Shown: positions 48,010 to 58,811 of the stretch, in pieces | Numbering within the stretch: the stretch's first letter is position 1 | How the letters are laid out: every line of letters starts with the position of its first letter | NCBI GenBank assembly: GCA_048938895.1 | Contig: JBHLLU010000016.1 | Location: 1 to 64,000 of the forward strand | Length of the DNA: 64,000 nt | Origin: Promethearchaeota archaeon | Lineage (GTDB): Archaea > Asgardarchaeota > Lokiarchaeia > Sigyniarchaeales > SOKP01 | Direction of reading: 5' to 3' | The notes under the pieces: model-generated | The model's database searches: none | What the model was told of the DNA's origin: nothing | The model's input: only the letters and a program-made list of their open reading frames with translations | Made by a program: the position numbers and the translations under genes

Positions 48010-50175
48010 TTGAATCAGAATAAAGAAAAGTCGAATGAGGAGTATGTTTTTGAGTTTTATGATGAAGACTACATTGAATCCTTAGAAGTAGAAGTACCAA
48101 AAATAATAGAAGAATATAAACAAATTAATTTTGAAGATGATTTGAACGACGAACAACTTGAAATTATCAATAACATTAATGGCCCCATGCTTGTAATTGC
48201 TGGTGCAGGAAGTGGTAAAACGAGAACAATAACTTATTCTGTAGCAAAACTATTATCATCAGGAGCAAGGCCTAGTGAAATTATGCTTGTCACTTTTACC
48301 AATAAAGCCGCTAATGAAATGATAAGAAGAGTTGAAACTCTTTTAGGTAGACGCCCTAAGGGAATATGGGGTGGAACTTTTCATTCAATCGCTAACCGTT
48401 TTATAAGAATGTATGCAAAAACATTAGGATTAAAAGTGAATTACACAATAATGGATGAAACAGATGCGAAAGCATTAATAAAACTTTCAATTGAGAAAGC
48501 TAATGTGAAAGAAATCGAGGAACGCTTCCCTAATTCAAGAATGGCTAAATCGATATTATCCTACTCAATCAATTGTCATAAAACGATCCAAGAAGTCATT
48601 CTATGGAAATATCCCCAATTTGATACTGAAGATGTGATTAAAAAATTAGAAGAAGTATTTAAAATCTATAAAGAAAAAAAGGCTCAAGAGAATTTAGTTG
48701 ATTTTGATGATCTTTTGATTTATTGGAATCAATTATTGGACGAAAGATCTATAGCCCAGTTGATAGCAAGAAAAATAAAATATATACTTGTTGATGAATA
48801 TCAGGATACAAATTATATCCAAGATGAAATTATACATAAAATAGTAAATCAAAACCCAGATCAGAATGTTATAGCCGTTGGAGATGATGCTCAAAGTATT
48901 TATGCGTTTCGTGGTGCTAACTTCCATAACATTTTAGATTTTGAAAAAAAATATAAAAATTGTAAGAGATATAGTATAACTTATAATTATAGAAGTGTAC
49001 CTCAGATATTAGCTTTAGCAAACAATTCAATTCTTAATAATAAAAAACAATTTAAAAAATCAATGCGTGCTACTCGTCTTGAGGGGATATTACCTTTTCA
49101 AGTTAACGTAGGAGATGATAAAGAACAAGCTTATTTTATTGCCAATCAGATACTAAAATTACGCTCAGAAGGATATAAACTTGAAGAGATGGCTATCCTT
49201 GTTCGGGCTGGTTTTCATTCATTAAGAATAGAACTTGAATTAAAAGCAAAAAACATTCCATATGAAGTACGGGCAGGAGTAGCATTTTTTGAAAAAGCAC
49301 ATATCAAGGATATTATAGCTCATTTACGTATAATTGAAAATCCATATGATGAGATTTCATGGTCTCGGATTTTTTCTATTATCCAAGGTATCGGAACTTC
49401 TTCAGGAACAAAAATATTTGAAGCTATATCCAAAACTGAATATCCGATTGATGCTTTAATAGATAAAATGTTTTATGCAGAAAAATTAAAAGGATCAAAA
49501 ATATCTAAAGAGGGTATTAAAAATACAATTGCCTATGTTAAGAAACTTGTAGGCTTTTCCTCAGATGATATTCCATCTGAAGTTATTAATAAACTAACTT
49601 TAATAATTCAAGATTATATTAAATCAAAGTATGATAATTGGCAAGATCGAATTGATGATCTTAACCAGTTGAGTATATATGCTAACAACTTTCTAACCAT
49701 TCAGAAATTCTTAGAAAATTTAAGTTTAAATTTATCAAATTTAGAATCTAAAGCTGTTGTTGCTGGAAATTCAGAAGAAGAAAAACCTTTAATTTTATCT
49801 ACAATACACCGAGCAAAAGGTCTTGAGTGGAGAGTAGTATTTATACCAATGTTGTGTGAAGATTATTTCCCCTCATCAAGAGTGAAAGGTGATTCTGAGG
49901 GACTTGAAGAAGAACGACGTGTTTTTTACGTAGCTATAACTCGAACTAAAGACCTTTTGTACCTTATATCTCCTTCAGTTATGAAAGGATTTCGAGGAGA
50001 ACAGATAGTAAGAATCTCTCCCTTTATTTCTGAATTAAATCCTAAAGTATATAAAAAATCCTCAGTGTTTATTGGCCCTGTAAAAGAAAAGGGTAAAAAA
50101 AGTCCCAAAAACCTACAACAATCGCTCTTTCAAACTGCGGACGAATTATTTAAAAAAAAAAAAACAAAAAGATAA
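48010..50175 (+). CDS. pcrA: UvrD/PcrA/Rep superfamily 1 helicase
   Basis: AGAGSGKT, TFTNKAA, GTFHS, VDEYQD, VGDDAQSIYAFRG, NYRS, STIHRAKGLEW, EEERRVFYVAITR. Confidence 0.95.
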   Translation: MNQNKEKSNEEYVFEFYDEDYIESLEVEVPKIIEEYKQINFEDDLNDEQLEIINNINGPMLVIAGAGSGKTRTITYSVAKLLSSGARPSEIMLVTFTNKAANEMIRRVETLLGRRPKGIWGGTFHSIANRFIRMYAKTLGLKVNYTIMDETDAKALIKLSIEKANVKEIEERFPNSRMAKSILSYSINCHKTIQEVILWKYPQFDTEDVIKKLEEVFKIYKEKKAQENLVDFDDLLIYWNQLLDERSIAQLIARKIKYILVDEYQDTNYIQDEIIHKIVNQNPDQNVIAVGDDAQSIYAFRGANFHNILDFEKKYKNCKRYSITYNYRSVPQILALANNSILNNKKQFKKSMRATRLEGILPFQVNVGDDKEQAYFIANQILKLRSEGYKLEEMAILVRAGFHSLRIELELKAKNIPYEVRAGVAFFEKAHIKDIIAHLRIIENPYDEISWSRIFSIIQGIGTSSGTKIFEAISKTEYPIDALIDKMFYAEKLKGSKISKEGIKNTIAYVKKLVGFSSDDIPSEVINKLTLIIQDYIKSKYDNWQDRIDDLNQLSIYANNFLTIQKFLENLSLNLSNLESKAVVAGNSEEEKPLILSTIHRAKGLEWRVVFIPMLCEDYFPSSRVKGDSEGLEEERRVFYVAITRTKDLLYLISPSVMKGFRGEQIVRISPFISELNPKVYKKSSVFIGPVKEKGKKSPKNLQQSLFQTADELFKKKKTKR

Positions 50176-50272
50176 GATTATTAAAATTTAGGTTTATGTA
50201 CTTATTTTCTGGTTAATTTCTAACTTTAAAATTGTTAGAGTCTTCTTCTTTAAATAATAAAAGAGTTATTAT

Positions 50273-50965
50273 GTGTATATGGGAGAGAAGAAAAATTCAG
50301 GGAAGTCATTGATGGAATTTATTGAGTCTCATCAACAAGATGATACAATATCAGATGATCCTTTTATTAATAAGGATATTTCTAGATTAGTGGCTATTCG
50401 GCTTTTTGATTTCAATTTCTTTTTTGATGTTGCTGAATTAGACAATATTACCAAAAAAGAATTAGCATATATCCTCGATGAAGCAAAATTGTTACCCGCA
50501 GCATTAGGAAACTATCATGGTGCTTATCCTGGAGGCCTATTTGACCATACTCTATTGGTAGTTAATTATTCTTACTACATTTGGAAAACTTTAAAAGATC
50601 AATCTTGGCTTAGACAAGTTATTTTAACCGCAATATGCCATGATTTTGGTAAAATTCCATATTATGGGACTAAACTTAACCTAATAGATAGAAAAATTAG
50701 TATCCCTCTTAATAAAACTGAGGTTATTCGTTCAGAAATTAAGGAGAGATTTAGAGTAACTGGGAAGGATAGGCATGTAGAAAACGCCATTGCCGTAATT
50801 AAGAAATATATAAGTGCATATGACTTATTATTTGATGATGAGATGTATATTGGTTTAATTTTCCATCATGGTAGTTGGAGTAAATATATTCCACAAGAAA
50901 TGAACGAATTGGCTTCTGTTATTCATGTAGCTGATATGATCGCGAGTCAAGTATTAAAAATCTAG
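50273..50965 (+). CDS. HD-domain phosphohydrolase (YhaM/Cbf1-like HD, no OB fold)
   Basis: PAA...HGAY.GGL.DH, CHDFGK, H, HHG, HVAD. Confidence 0.85.
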   Translation: MYMGEKKNSGKSLMEFIESHQQDDTISDDPFINKDISRLVAIRLFDFNFFFDVAELDNITKKELAYILDEAKLLPAALGNYHGAYPGGLFDHTLLVVNYSYYIWKTLKDQSWLRQVILTAICHDFGKIPYYGTKLNLIDRKISIPLNKTEVIRSEIKERFRVTGKDRHVENAIAVIKKYISAYDLLFDDEMYIGLIFHHGSWSKYIPQEMNELASVIHVADMIASQVLKI

Positions 50966-51015
50966 AATAAATAATTATTTTCTCTCTTGAAATTCAAAAA
51001 AATTTACTGGTTTCA

Positions 51016-52371
51016 GTGAGTAAAGAAAATTCTGTTGTAGAAATAATAATTCAAGATCTTATCGCAAGATATAAAGAACTGATTATTGCGATTTATGGAA
51101 TAGGAAGCTTTTTTGATGAAGAAATCCCAAGTTCATGGAAAAGAAAAGATATTGATATTATTGTAATTGTAGAAACATTAAAACCATTTCCTAAAGTAGA
51201 TTGGACTGAAGCAAAATTCTTAAAAAGAAAAATAGAAGGAAAAGAAATTTGGATTGGTTTTAATACCTTAGAAGGATTTCAAAATAAAGAAATTTTTGAG
51301 ATCCAATCTTTTTCTAATTATGAATGGAGTGTCTTAGATATTAAGTATCCTCAGAATTCTGTGTTATTATTTGGTCAAGATATTAGAAATCTATTACCCA
51401 ATAATAAGAGTTTGAAATTTGATTTTAATGATGTTTTAGCCAGAGGATTATATCATTTGGATAAAAGTTTAGGTGAAAGAGATCCAAATGATGCTAAGAA
51501 TGAATTTTCTAAAGCAGTGTTTAAGATAAGCTTTTATCTTTGCAAATTTTTTAATCCTAATTTTAAAAATACAGGTATTCTACGTATCGGAGAAAAATTG
51601 AAAGAAACATGTAGAGAAGTAAAGGAAATTAAAGAAATCGAACAATTTTTTGAAGAAACAATAGTTTTTAGGACTACTGGATATTATATCACTAAATTTG
51701 AGAAACTTCGAGATAATTTTATCAAATTTGTTTTCTTCCTGTTAAAAAATGGAATTTTACATAAAATGATGCAATTTTCTGAGTTAAAAAACTATTTGGC
51801 TAGTTCTTTTAGCGGATTTCATCATCTAATTCAATTGATGAATAAATTCAAAACATCTAATGAATCAGATATAAGATTTACAAAACAAGATCAAGGTTTA
51901 CATAGTATTAATATTATTGGAACTGTCACGAAAGTTGGAAGAATGCATAGTTTTACAAAAACAGATGGTTCAAAAATAAGTTATGCATCATTTATTGTAA
52001 GCGACGTGATTGGAGTTCTTCGTGTTGTAATATGGAATGATCAAGTGCGAATCAGACTATTTAATAACAAAAATTTTCAAAGGAATTCTAAAGTAGAAAT
52101 TATAAATGGATATTTGAGAAAGGGATATGATGATAAAATAGAGATTCATATTGGGGATTCTAGTAATGTAATTGTACAAGAGATGCCCTTTAGTCCCGCT
52201 GGTAGTATAAAACTAGAAATAACTAAGCTTGATATTATGACACGCCTAAAGTATTTAAATATTAATGAAACAACAATTTCTAAAACTCCATGCCATCATT
52301 GTGGTGGATTGTGTTCCCCTTCTGCAAAAATATGCCCAAAGTGTGGAGAACCATTAACTTTCAGATTTTAA
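51016..52371 (+). CDS. Nucleotidyltransferase + helical domain + RPA-like OB fold + zinc ribbon fusion
   Basis: YGIGSFF...DIDIIV; INIIGTV.KV...F...DG......V.D..G..RVVIW...NGYLR.G...EIHIG; CHHC...CPKC. Confidence 0.75.
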   Translation: MSKENSVVEIIIQDLIARYKELIIAIYGIGSFFDEEIPSSWKRKDIDIIVIVETLKPFPKVDWTEAKFLKRKIEGKEIWIGFNTLEGFQNKEIFEIQSFSNYEWSVLDIKYPQNSVLLFGQDIRNLLPNNKSLKFDFNDVLARGLYHLDKSLGERDPNDAKNEFSKAVFKISFYLCKFFNPNFKNTGILRIGEKLKETCREVKEIKEIEQFFEETIVFRTTGYYITKFEKLRDNFIKFVFFLLKNGILHKMMQFSELKNYLASSFSGFHHLIQLMNKFKTSNESDIRFTKQDQGLHSINIIGTVTKVGRMHSFTKTDGSKISYASFIVSDVIGVLRVVIWNDQVRIRLFNNKNFQRNSKVEIINGYLRKGYDDKIEIHIGDSSNVIVQEMPFSPAGSIKLEITKLDIMTRLKYLNINETTISKTPCHHCGGLCSPSAKICPKCGEPLTFRF

Positions 52372-52432
52372 AGATTATTGAGACTTACAAAAGAGATAAG
52401 AATTTCTAATTTGGGATTCCATTTTTCTCTCT

Positions 52433-54520
52433 TTATGAGTTTAATTTTAATACTCTCGTTAAATGGTTTTCTTTTTTAAAATGAAAGATATCGGTTACAA
52501 AAGAATCAAGGTTCCGTTCATGGGATATTATTATCATTTGAGATGTATTTAAATTTTCAAAAATAGATTGCATTCGATTTATTTGTTGTTGGCTAAAACC
52601 ATCCGTTGGTTCATCTAAGATCAAAAGATCTTTTGTTTTTACTTCCTGATATCTCTCATTGATTATTTTATTTAAAGCTAATCGATATGCTAGAGAAAGA
52701 GCACTTTTTTCCCCTCCAGATAAATCTTTAAATGGTGATTCATATCCGTTTACATGTATTATGGGTTGAAAGTCATCGGTCTTGATCTCAACTTCAATAT
52801 TTCTATCTTCAACTAATTCATGAAACCATTCCTTAAAATAAGAATTAAAATGATAAGCACTTGAGGATAGGATATTCTTCTCAATATCTCGAATTAGTAT
52901 AGGAAATTCTTCAGCTATCCAATTTCTTAACTGTGAATAATAAGATAGATTATTCTCTAAGGTTTTTTTCACTACTATATTGGTATTTAATGAAACTAAA
53001 TCTTTTTGTAAGTATTCCAACGCCTTTTTTTGTGCACTTGATTCATTTCCTAACATTTCTCTTTTTGAATTTAACTCTTTTAGAGATTTTTTTCTCTTAT
53101 CGAGTTTAGATTTTAACTCATCTCCAAAAATTTTAAATTTTTGTAAAGAAGTATTATTAAATTCTGAGAGAATTCCAATTATCTCCTGTTGATTATTATT
53201 TATTTCAATAAAAAATTCATTTATTCGATTTTCTAAGTCTGCTTTCCTTTTCCGTGTTTCTGAAATTAATGTATTTAGTGATTCTTTTTTATCTTTAATT
53301 CTATGATATTCACGTAAATTCTTTAACAACTGTTTTTTTTCTTCAATGTTAAGAGTTTGGGTTCTAATTTCTTTTGTAAGCAGTTCAAACTTTGATCTAG
53401 CATCCTGTAATTCCTCCTCAAATCTTTCTTTCTCATGAATTGCTTGTCCACATAAAGCACACTTTCCATCTTCTAATAATTTATCAATATCTGCTAAAAT
53501 CTTTTCGATAACGGCTTTTTCTTTTTCTTTTTGAGATTTTAGATTTTGTATTATCTCCATTTGAGATTCTAATTCATCTTCGTTAGATTTTGTGTTTGGT
53601 TTGACTTCCTTTAAGTTTTTTAATTCTTCTTCCCTTTCAAAAATCTCATTTTTAATTTCATTTAGAGAAGACTTACTTTTCAGTTGTTTCCCCTTATTTT
53701 TTTTAATAGTTTTTTCTTTATTTTCGATTTGATTTAAGTTTTTAATATAGTTATCCAATTCTTTTTGAATTCCTTCGATAGAGTTTTCATGAGAGGCTAT
53801 TAATTCTCCTTTTTCTTTAATTTCAGTTTCTTTTTTGTTAATATTCTTTTTTGTTTCTTCTATTTCTTTTTCTTTTAGAAGTATTTCTTCTTCAGGTTCG
53901 CCAATTTGTTTAATTTTAATCTGGATTTCTTTTACTATATCATTTAAAAACTCCTTGATGGTTTCTGCGTTTCTTAAAGCGATTTCATATTTTTCAATGC
54001 CGAAAACTTCCTTTAATATCTCAAAACGATCATCTGGATCTGCTTGAATAATATCCTTTATCTGTTCTTGAGGTGTATAGACAGTATACCTGAACAAGGG
54101 TAATTTTGTTGCTTTTTCATAACGCGATACAGAATATGAAAGTAATTCCAGAATTTTCCGTCTCATATCAGTAGGAGCATAAGTTGTTGTTGTTCCTTTA
54201 TTGTGATCTACAAATTTACATTCCTTTTGAGAAACTCTGCCCTTTTTATCTTTAAATAAGCTACGTTTAATTGAAAATTTCTTACCTTCAATTGAAAAAG
54301 TTAAATTTACAGAAGCTTTAGTTTTACCCCTTCTTAACAAAGAATCCCCACTTAAGTCTCCATGAATTAAGGTGCCAAATAATGCGAACTCTATTGATTT
54401 TAAAACTGAAGATTTACCACTTCCTACATCTCCAAAAAATAGTAGAGTTGATGAGGGAAATTCAATAGCCTCGCTTTGAATACTCCGTATATTTTTTATT
54501 TCAATAGATTCTAATATCAT
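52433..54520 (-). CDS. rad50: Rad50 ATPase
   Basis: GDVGSGKSS, Q-loop, coiled coil with CALC zinc hook, LSGGE, LILDEPT, ISH. Confidence 0.95.
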   Translation of the reverse strand: MILESIEIKNIRSIQSEAIEFPSSTLLFFGDVGSGKSSVLKSIEFALFGTLIHGDLSGDSLLRRGKTKASVNLTFSIEGKKFSIKRSLFKDKKGRVSQKECKFVDHNKGTTTTYAPTDMRRKILELLSYSVSRYEKATKLPLFRYTVYTPQEQIKDIIQADPDDRFEILKEVFGIEKYEIALRNAETIKEFLNDIVKEIQIKIKQIGEPEEEILLKEKEIEETKKNINKKETEIKEKGELIASHENSIEGIQKELDNYIKNLNQIENKEKTIKKNKGKQLKSKSSLNEIKNEIFEREEELKNLKEVKPNTKSNEDELESQMEIIQNLKSQKEKEKAVIEKILADIDKLLEDGKCALCGQAIHEKERFEEELQDARSKFELLTKEIRTQTLNIEEKKQLLKNLREYHRIKDKKESLNTLISETRKRKADLENRINEFFIEINNNQQEIIGILSEFNNTSLQKFKIFGDELKSKLDKRKKSLKELNSKREMLGNESSAQKKALEYLQKDLVSLNTNIVVKKTLENNLSYYSQLRNWIAEEFPILIRDIEKNILSSSAYHFNSYFKEWFHELVEDRNIEVEIKTDDFQPIIHVNGYESPFKDLSGGEKSALSLAYRLALNKIINERYQEVKTKDLLILDEPTDGFSQQQINRMQSIFENLNTSQMIIISHERNLDSFVTDIFHFKKENHLTRVLKLNS

Positions 54521-55815
54521 ATCTCAGACTCCTTAATTTTTTGAATTTCAAATATCCTTAGGAAAGACTGCTTTAAGGTTTCATTGTAATTCATGACTTT
54601 TGATCCAACCTGCCTTTCTTCTCCTAGGGTTGTCAAAAGTTGATGTATTTTTTTTTCTAATTCATTCGGTGTAAATTTTTTTATTTTTACTTTATTGGCA
54701 TGCTCCTTTATAATTGTGAACTCAATTTCTTCATTAGATTTACCTGTCGAAACACTAATCGCTTGATATTCCATTGTTGTTAAAGCATGTTTATTGATTA
54801 AGACTTCATAAGCATCTTTAGACCTAAAATTCTGAATAATTTCATGATTTTTTATATCATAAGTTTTTCCTGATGTTAAAGCCCCATATAAACGGATTGT
54901 AACTATTTTGTCTTTAACATCTCTATTTGATAGTTCGTGCTTTAATTTATTTAGCACTTCAGGAACTGTAATATTTGTACAATCAACAATTATGTTTTCT
55001 ATATCAATGATTTTGATTGGTTTGAATTTCACATTCAAGTCTAATTTATCCCCTACAATATCACCTGAAACAAGACAAAATCCTCCATATTTAATTTTTT
55101 CAATTTCTCTGAAATTCGTAGGAAAAACAAAACCTGGATATATTACATTATTTTTGTCATTGATTTGTAGTACCACTCTATCTGCCCTCAATTTATCTGG
55201 AACTAATTTATGGAGATGACCTCCGGCATAATAATCAAAATTTTGAGGTAATAAAGATTTTGGAGCAGATTCCATGTCTTTAAATTCTTTAGGTTTTAAT
55301 TCACTTAACATTGTATGGAGAATGAAGATTTTCGGTCCTTTTTCAACTTCTAAGCTTTCTCGATCCAGTTCTTGATATTCTTCAATCTCTAAACTCCGTT
55401 TTCTTGCTCTTAAACCTGCTATTTTAATGTGGGTTTTTGGATCTAAGATAAAATTTAATTTTATTTTATTATCATCTGTAAGCTCTGGAAGCCAAGCATC
55501 TATAAATAAGCCTGCTGTAATTAATGGTCTAATCATAGACTTGTTTGAAGGAGAAAAGTCATGAGAACCCATTATCCCATATAACGGAATTTCAAGATCC
55601 TTTAATCTCTTTAATAATTTTGTTGCTAAGTCGATTACCTCGACTTTTGGATTGCTTACATCATAAAGATCACCACTAAGGATAACAAAATCCACTTCCT
55701 CCTCAATAATGTTGTTAACTACTTCTTCAAAGGCTTTATATCCTAATTCATTTATTCGTTCATTTCGCCATGCTCCCAAATGAACATCGGAAATGTGTGC
55801 GAATTTGATTTTCAT
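54517..55815 (-). CDS. mre11: Mre11 nuclease
   Basis: SDVHLG, SGDLYD, GSHD, LH, GGHLH; overlaps rad50 by 4 nt. Confidence 0.93.
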   Translation of the reverse strand: MKIKFAHISDVHLGAWRNERINELGYKAFEEVVNNIIEEEVDFVILSGDLYDVSNPKVEVIDLATKLLKRLKDLEIPLYGIMGSHDFSPSNKSMIRPLITAGLFIDAWLPELTDDNKIKLNFILDPKTHIKIAGLRARKRSLEIEEYQELDRESLEVEKGPKIFILHTMLSELKPKEFKDMESAPKSLLPQNFDYYAGGHLHKLVPDKLRADRVVLQINDKNNVIYPGFVFPTNFREIEKIKYGGFCLVSGDIVGDKLDLNVKFKPIKIIDIENIIVDCTNITVPEVLNKLKHELSNRDVKDKIVTIRLYGALTSGKTYDIKNHEIIQNFRSKDAYEVLINKHALTTMEYQAISVSTGKSNEEIEFTIIKEHANKVKIKKFTPNELEKKIHQLLTTLGEERQVGSKVMNYNETLKQSFLRIFEIQKIKESEI

Positions 55816-55836
55816 ATCTTACACTTATTATATATT

Positions 55837-57420
55837 TTAATTTATTCCGGGAAATGCTTTTCGAATCTTTTTATCTGATTGTTGATTATCTGTTTTACCT
55901 TTTAGTAAATCATCAAATAAAGGAATCTTAATTGGAATTGCAAATTTAGTAAAATTTGAGGTAACAATGGCTTCACCAATATCTAAGCTAGCAATTGCCT
56001 GGCTATCATCAGAGAGATCTTGAGCTGAGCTTTCTATTAAGGTTCGTCTTTCAGGACCCATTTCATTACCCAATATTATTTTAGTGTTCATATTAGCTAA
56101 TATTTCGCGGGGAATTAAGCTTGGTAACTGAGTTAATGCGATTAATCCGATTTTGAATTTTCTTCCTTCCCGTGCTATTTTTCCAAAAACATTTTCTCCC
56201 GCTTCTAACACTTTTTGACCAATAACTCTTGGAGCTTCTTCCAGGACAATTGTTACTACTGGTTTGTCTAGTAATTTGTCTTCATATTTTAAATTCTTAT
56301 ATTTTTTAAATAATCCATCAACAATAATCGTTGCTATAAATATTTCTTCAGAGCTACTAAATAATGAAGTGTCAATGATAACTGTTTTTCCTTCCATCAA
56401 AAAGTTTATAATAGAATCAATTGTAGTTTCATGTGTATTAAGAGTGTATATACCCCTTTCTCTGATTACTTTCCCTGCTTCATCTGTCTCAATATCCAAT
56501 AGAAGGGATAGTCTTCTTCTTATTACCGATATTGTTACGTCTTGAATACCATTAGGAACTTCTAATGTTTCGTCGAACACTTTTTCGATCCAAAGTTTTT
56601 GATATTTTTTGTAGTAGGTATATAGAGCATCTTTTTGAGGTGGACTAAAACTCAGAGTTCCTACTACATGTGAAGGATATAAACTTTTAATGTTAAATTT
56701 AAGATCTAATTTCCCGGGGATATTTCTAATTGTAAAATACTTCAAATAATCTGAGTTTTTTGGATGATCTTTAAGTCCTTTTTGACTAAGAGTTCCATAA
56801 TATTCATTATGAGGATCAAATATGAGTTTCCCACATTCATCATTTTCCATTAAGTTATATAAGATTGTTTTTACTAAATTTGATTTTCCTCTTCCTGTAG
56901 TAGCTGGAATTAAAACATGGTGACTTAATACTTTATCTGCCTCAAGTGACACTTCTGTTTTGAGTACTTTAGAACCAGAACGAATCTTTCCCAAGGGAAT
57001 GGGATTTTCGATTTTCTCCTCTTTGAAAAATTCAAGATGGTTATCATCAATATCAAAAACATCTAATAAAAAGTCAGGTAATCGTTTAGGAAGGAATAGT
57101 TTATTTTCTTTAACATATATTAAAGGTCTTGCTAGAGCTAATACATAATTTCTTAATTCAGGTTCATAAACTTTCAAATCTGTTCTGTCTCTTTCTAACC
57201 CATAACCTGCCATCAATTCAAGAACGTTATCTGGAATCTGACTACCATAAAAAAGATCCTTAATTTGATAAATACTGTATTCTTTTCGGTTTTTCCCTGC
57301 GATAAAGAGTTGTCCTAACTCGAAATCTTGGTCTGATTTCTGTCTTAATATTAATTTAACCAAAGAAGTACCAGTAACAAAACTTCCAATTTTTTTTCCT
57401 AGATCAACCATTTTTCTCAA
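55837..57420 (-). CDS. herA: HerA helicase/translocase
   Basis: HAS-barrel N-terminus, HVLIPATTGRGKS, DPHNEY, LEEA, AREGRKF, TQLP. Confidence 0.93.
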   Translation of the reverse strand: MRKMVDLGKKIGSFVTGTSLVKLILRQKSDQDFELGQLFIAGKNRKEYSIYQIKDLFYGSQIPDNVLELMAGYGLERDRTDLKVYEPELRNYVLALARPLIYVKENKLFLPKRLPDFLLDVFDIDDNHLEFFKEEKIENPIPLGKIRSGSKVLKTEVSLEADKVLSHHVLIPATTGRGKSNLVKTILYNLMENDECGKLIFDPHNEYYGTLSQKGLKDHPKNSDYLKYFTIRNIPGKLDLKFNIKSLYPSHVVGTLSFSPPQKDALYTYYKKYQKLWIEKVFDETLEVPNGIQDVTISVIRRRLSLLLDIETDEAGKVIRERGIYTLNTHETTIDSIINFLMEGKTVIIDTSLFSSSEEIFIATIIVDGLFKKYKNLKYEDKLLDKPVVTIVLEEAPRVIGQKVLEAGENVFGKIAREGRKFKIGLIALTQLPSLIPREILANMNTKIILGNEMGPERRTLIESSAQDLSDDSQAIASLDIGEAIVTSNFTKFAIPIKIPLFDDLLKGKTDNQQSDKKIRKAFPGIN

Positions 57421-57433
57421 TATAGTCTTTAAT

Positions 57434-58570
57434 TTACCTTCTAATCACATTTAATAAATCATGTGCATTAATAGATCGAAGACGGGGTAAAATAAATTTA
57501 TGATAATCCTCTTGATTAAATTCTGCTATCAATTGGATCTTTTGAGGTTCAAGTTCCTTAATACTAATCGCAGCGAGTTGATCTGTTTTAATTAGTCCGT
57601 AAGGATATCCTGGATAAGAAAGATCATTAGAATTATTTGCCAAATTGGATATTATAGTCTCACATTCGTTTTCAGACATCTGATTTGCTTGCTTTAATAA
57701 GATATCAAATCTAAAAGAATAAAATGAGTTTTTATGTAATTTTACGAAATATAAATCAGCTTGCTCCTGAGCTTTTGTGATTCGATAGATAGGATGATAA
57801 TACCAAGGACTATCTGGAAATTTTTTATTACATATGTAATGAATGAGCGAATTTAATGAATTGCCCGTTTGCGTTATTAATCTGCATGTTTTAGAGAGTC
57901 CCGTTGCTATTACATCCTTTTTAATTGCAGTTTTATATAAGTTATCAGCTAGTTCTGTCTCACCAGTATAACCGGATTGAAGAGAACCATCTCTAACAAA
58001 AATACTTCCTTCATCCAGCTCTTTCAAGATGAATTTAGTAGCATATGTCCATTCGGCAAATCTCATGGCAATTCCCCCAAAAACTTCCATGTTTGGTAAG
58101 CGAGATCCTTTTTCTCTAATAGTTGGATCATTAATTGGGAACTTTATTTCATCTTTAGGTAGATATTCTGAGAACCTAGATTCTGTTGGGAAAAAGTGAG
58201 TAATATAACCTAATGAATCATCCTTGAGAGTATCTAAGACCGTAGCACTATAAAATTCAATTTTTGTTGGTGTTTCAATAGGTTCAGTTAAAGAATTCTT
58301 CGAAAATATAACACCTGCTACACGATTCAAACTGATATTAAAATCAGGACTTCTTAAAATTGGTCCATTTCCACCATCTACAAATCCAATGGTCCTAACA
58401 TCAATATCTTTACATTTAGGGATTTCGAATATTTTTTCTTCTTGAATTTCATAAGTTTCATCTTCAGGATCTATAGAAAAAGGCTTGTCATCTTTTAAAA
58501 ATCCCAATTTACGTTTTTCTATAAAATCAACACACTCTTTCAAAGGGCTTTGTCTTTTATCAGCGCACAT
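57434..58570 (-). CDS. nurA: NurA nuclease
   Basis: FVDGG, RDGSL, GLSK, GYPYGL..D; first gene of the herA-mre11-rad50 operon. Confidence 0.88.
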   Translation of the reverse strand: MCADKRQSPLKECVDFIEKRKLGFLKDDKPFSIDPEDETYEIQEEKIFEIPKCKDIDVRTIGFVDGGNGPILRSPDFNISLNRVAGVIFSKNSLTEPIETPTKIEFYSATVLDTLKDDSLGYITHFFPTESRFSEYLPKDEIKFPINDPTIREKGSRLPNMEVFGGIAMRFAEWTYATKFILKELDEGSIFVRDGSLQSGYTGETELADNLYKTAIKKDVIATGLSKTCRLITQTGNSLNSLIHYICNKKFPDSPWYYHPIYRITKAQEQADLYFVKLHKNSFYSFRFDILLKQANQMSENECETIISNLANNSNDLSYPGYPYGLIKTDQLAAISIKELEPQKIQLIAEFNQEDYHKFILPRLRSINAHDLLNVIRR

Positions 58571-58811
58571 GTTTATTATATTGTTATGAGTTTGACAATA
58601 AATATTATTATTATTAAAAATTCATTAAGACTCAACAGATTTAACAGTTTTCAGACAAATATTTAATTTGTTATTAATAGCATATTGAAATTCTCTATTT
58701 TTAAATGAAAAACAAAACTTGGTTTTCTCATTTGATCTGAGTTATTATAATCTTAGACCGATGTTTAAATAATAAACAAGAAAAAATAAAAAAAATGAGT
58801 AATGATGAAGT

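Noticed and set aside
55837-58570. HerA/NurA as an anti-phage system (e.g. Sir2-HerA type)
   Set aside because: The context is the canonical archaeal nurA-herA-mre11-rad50 repair operon.
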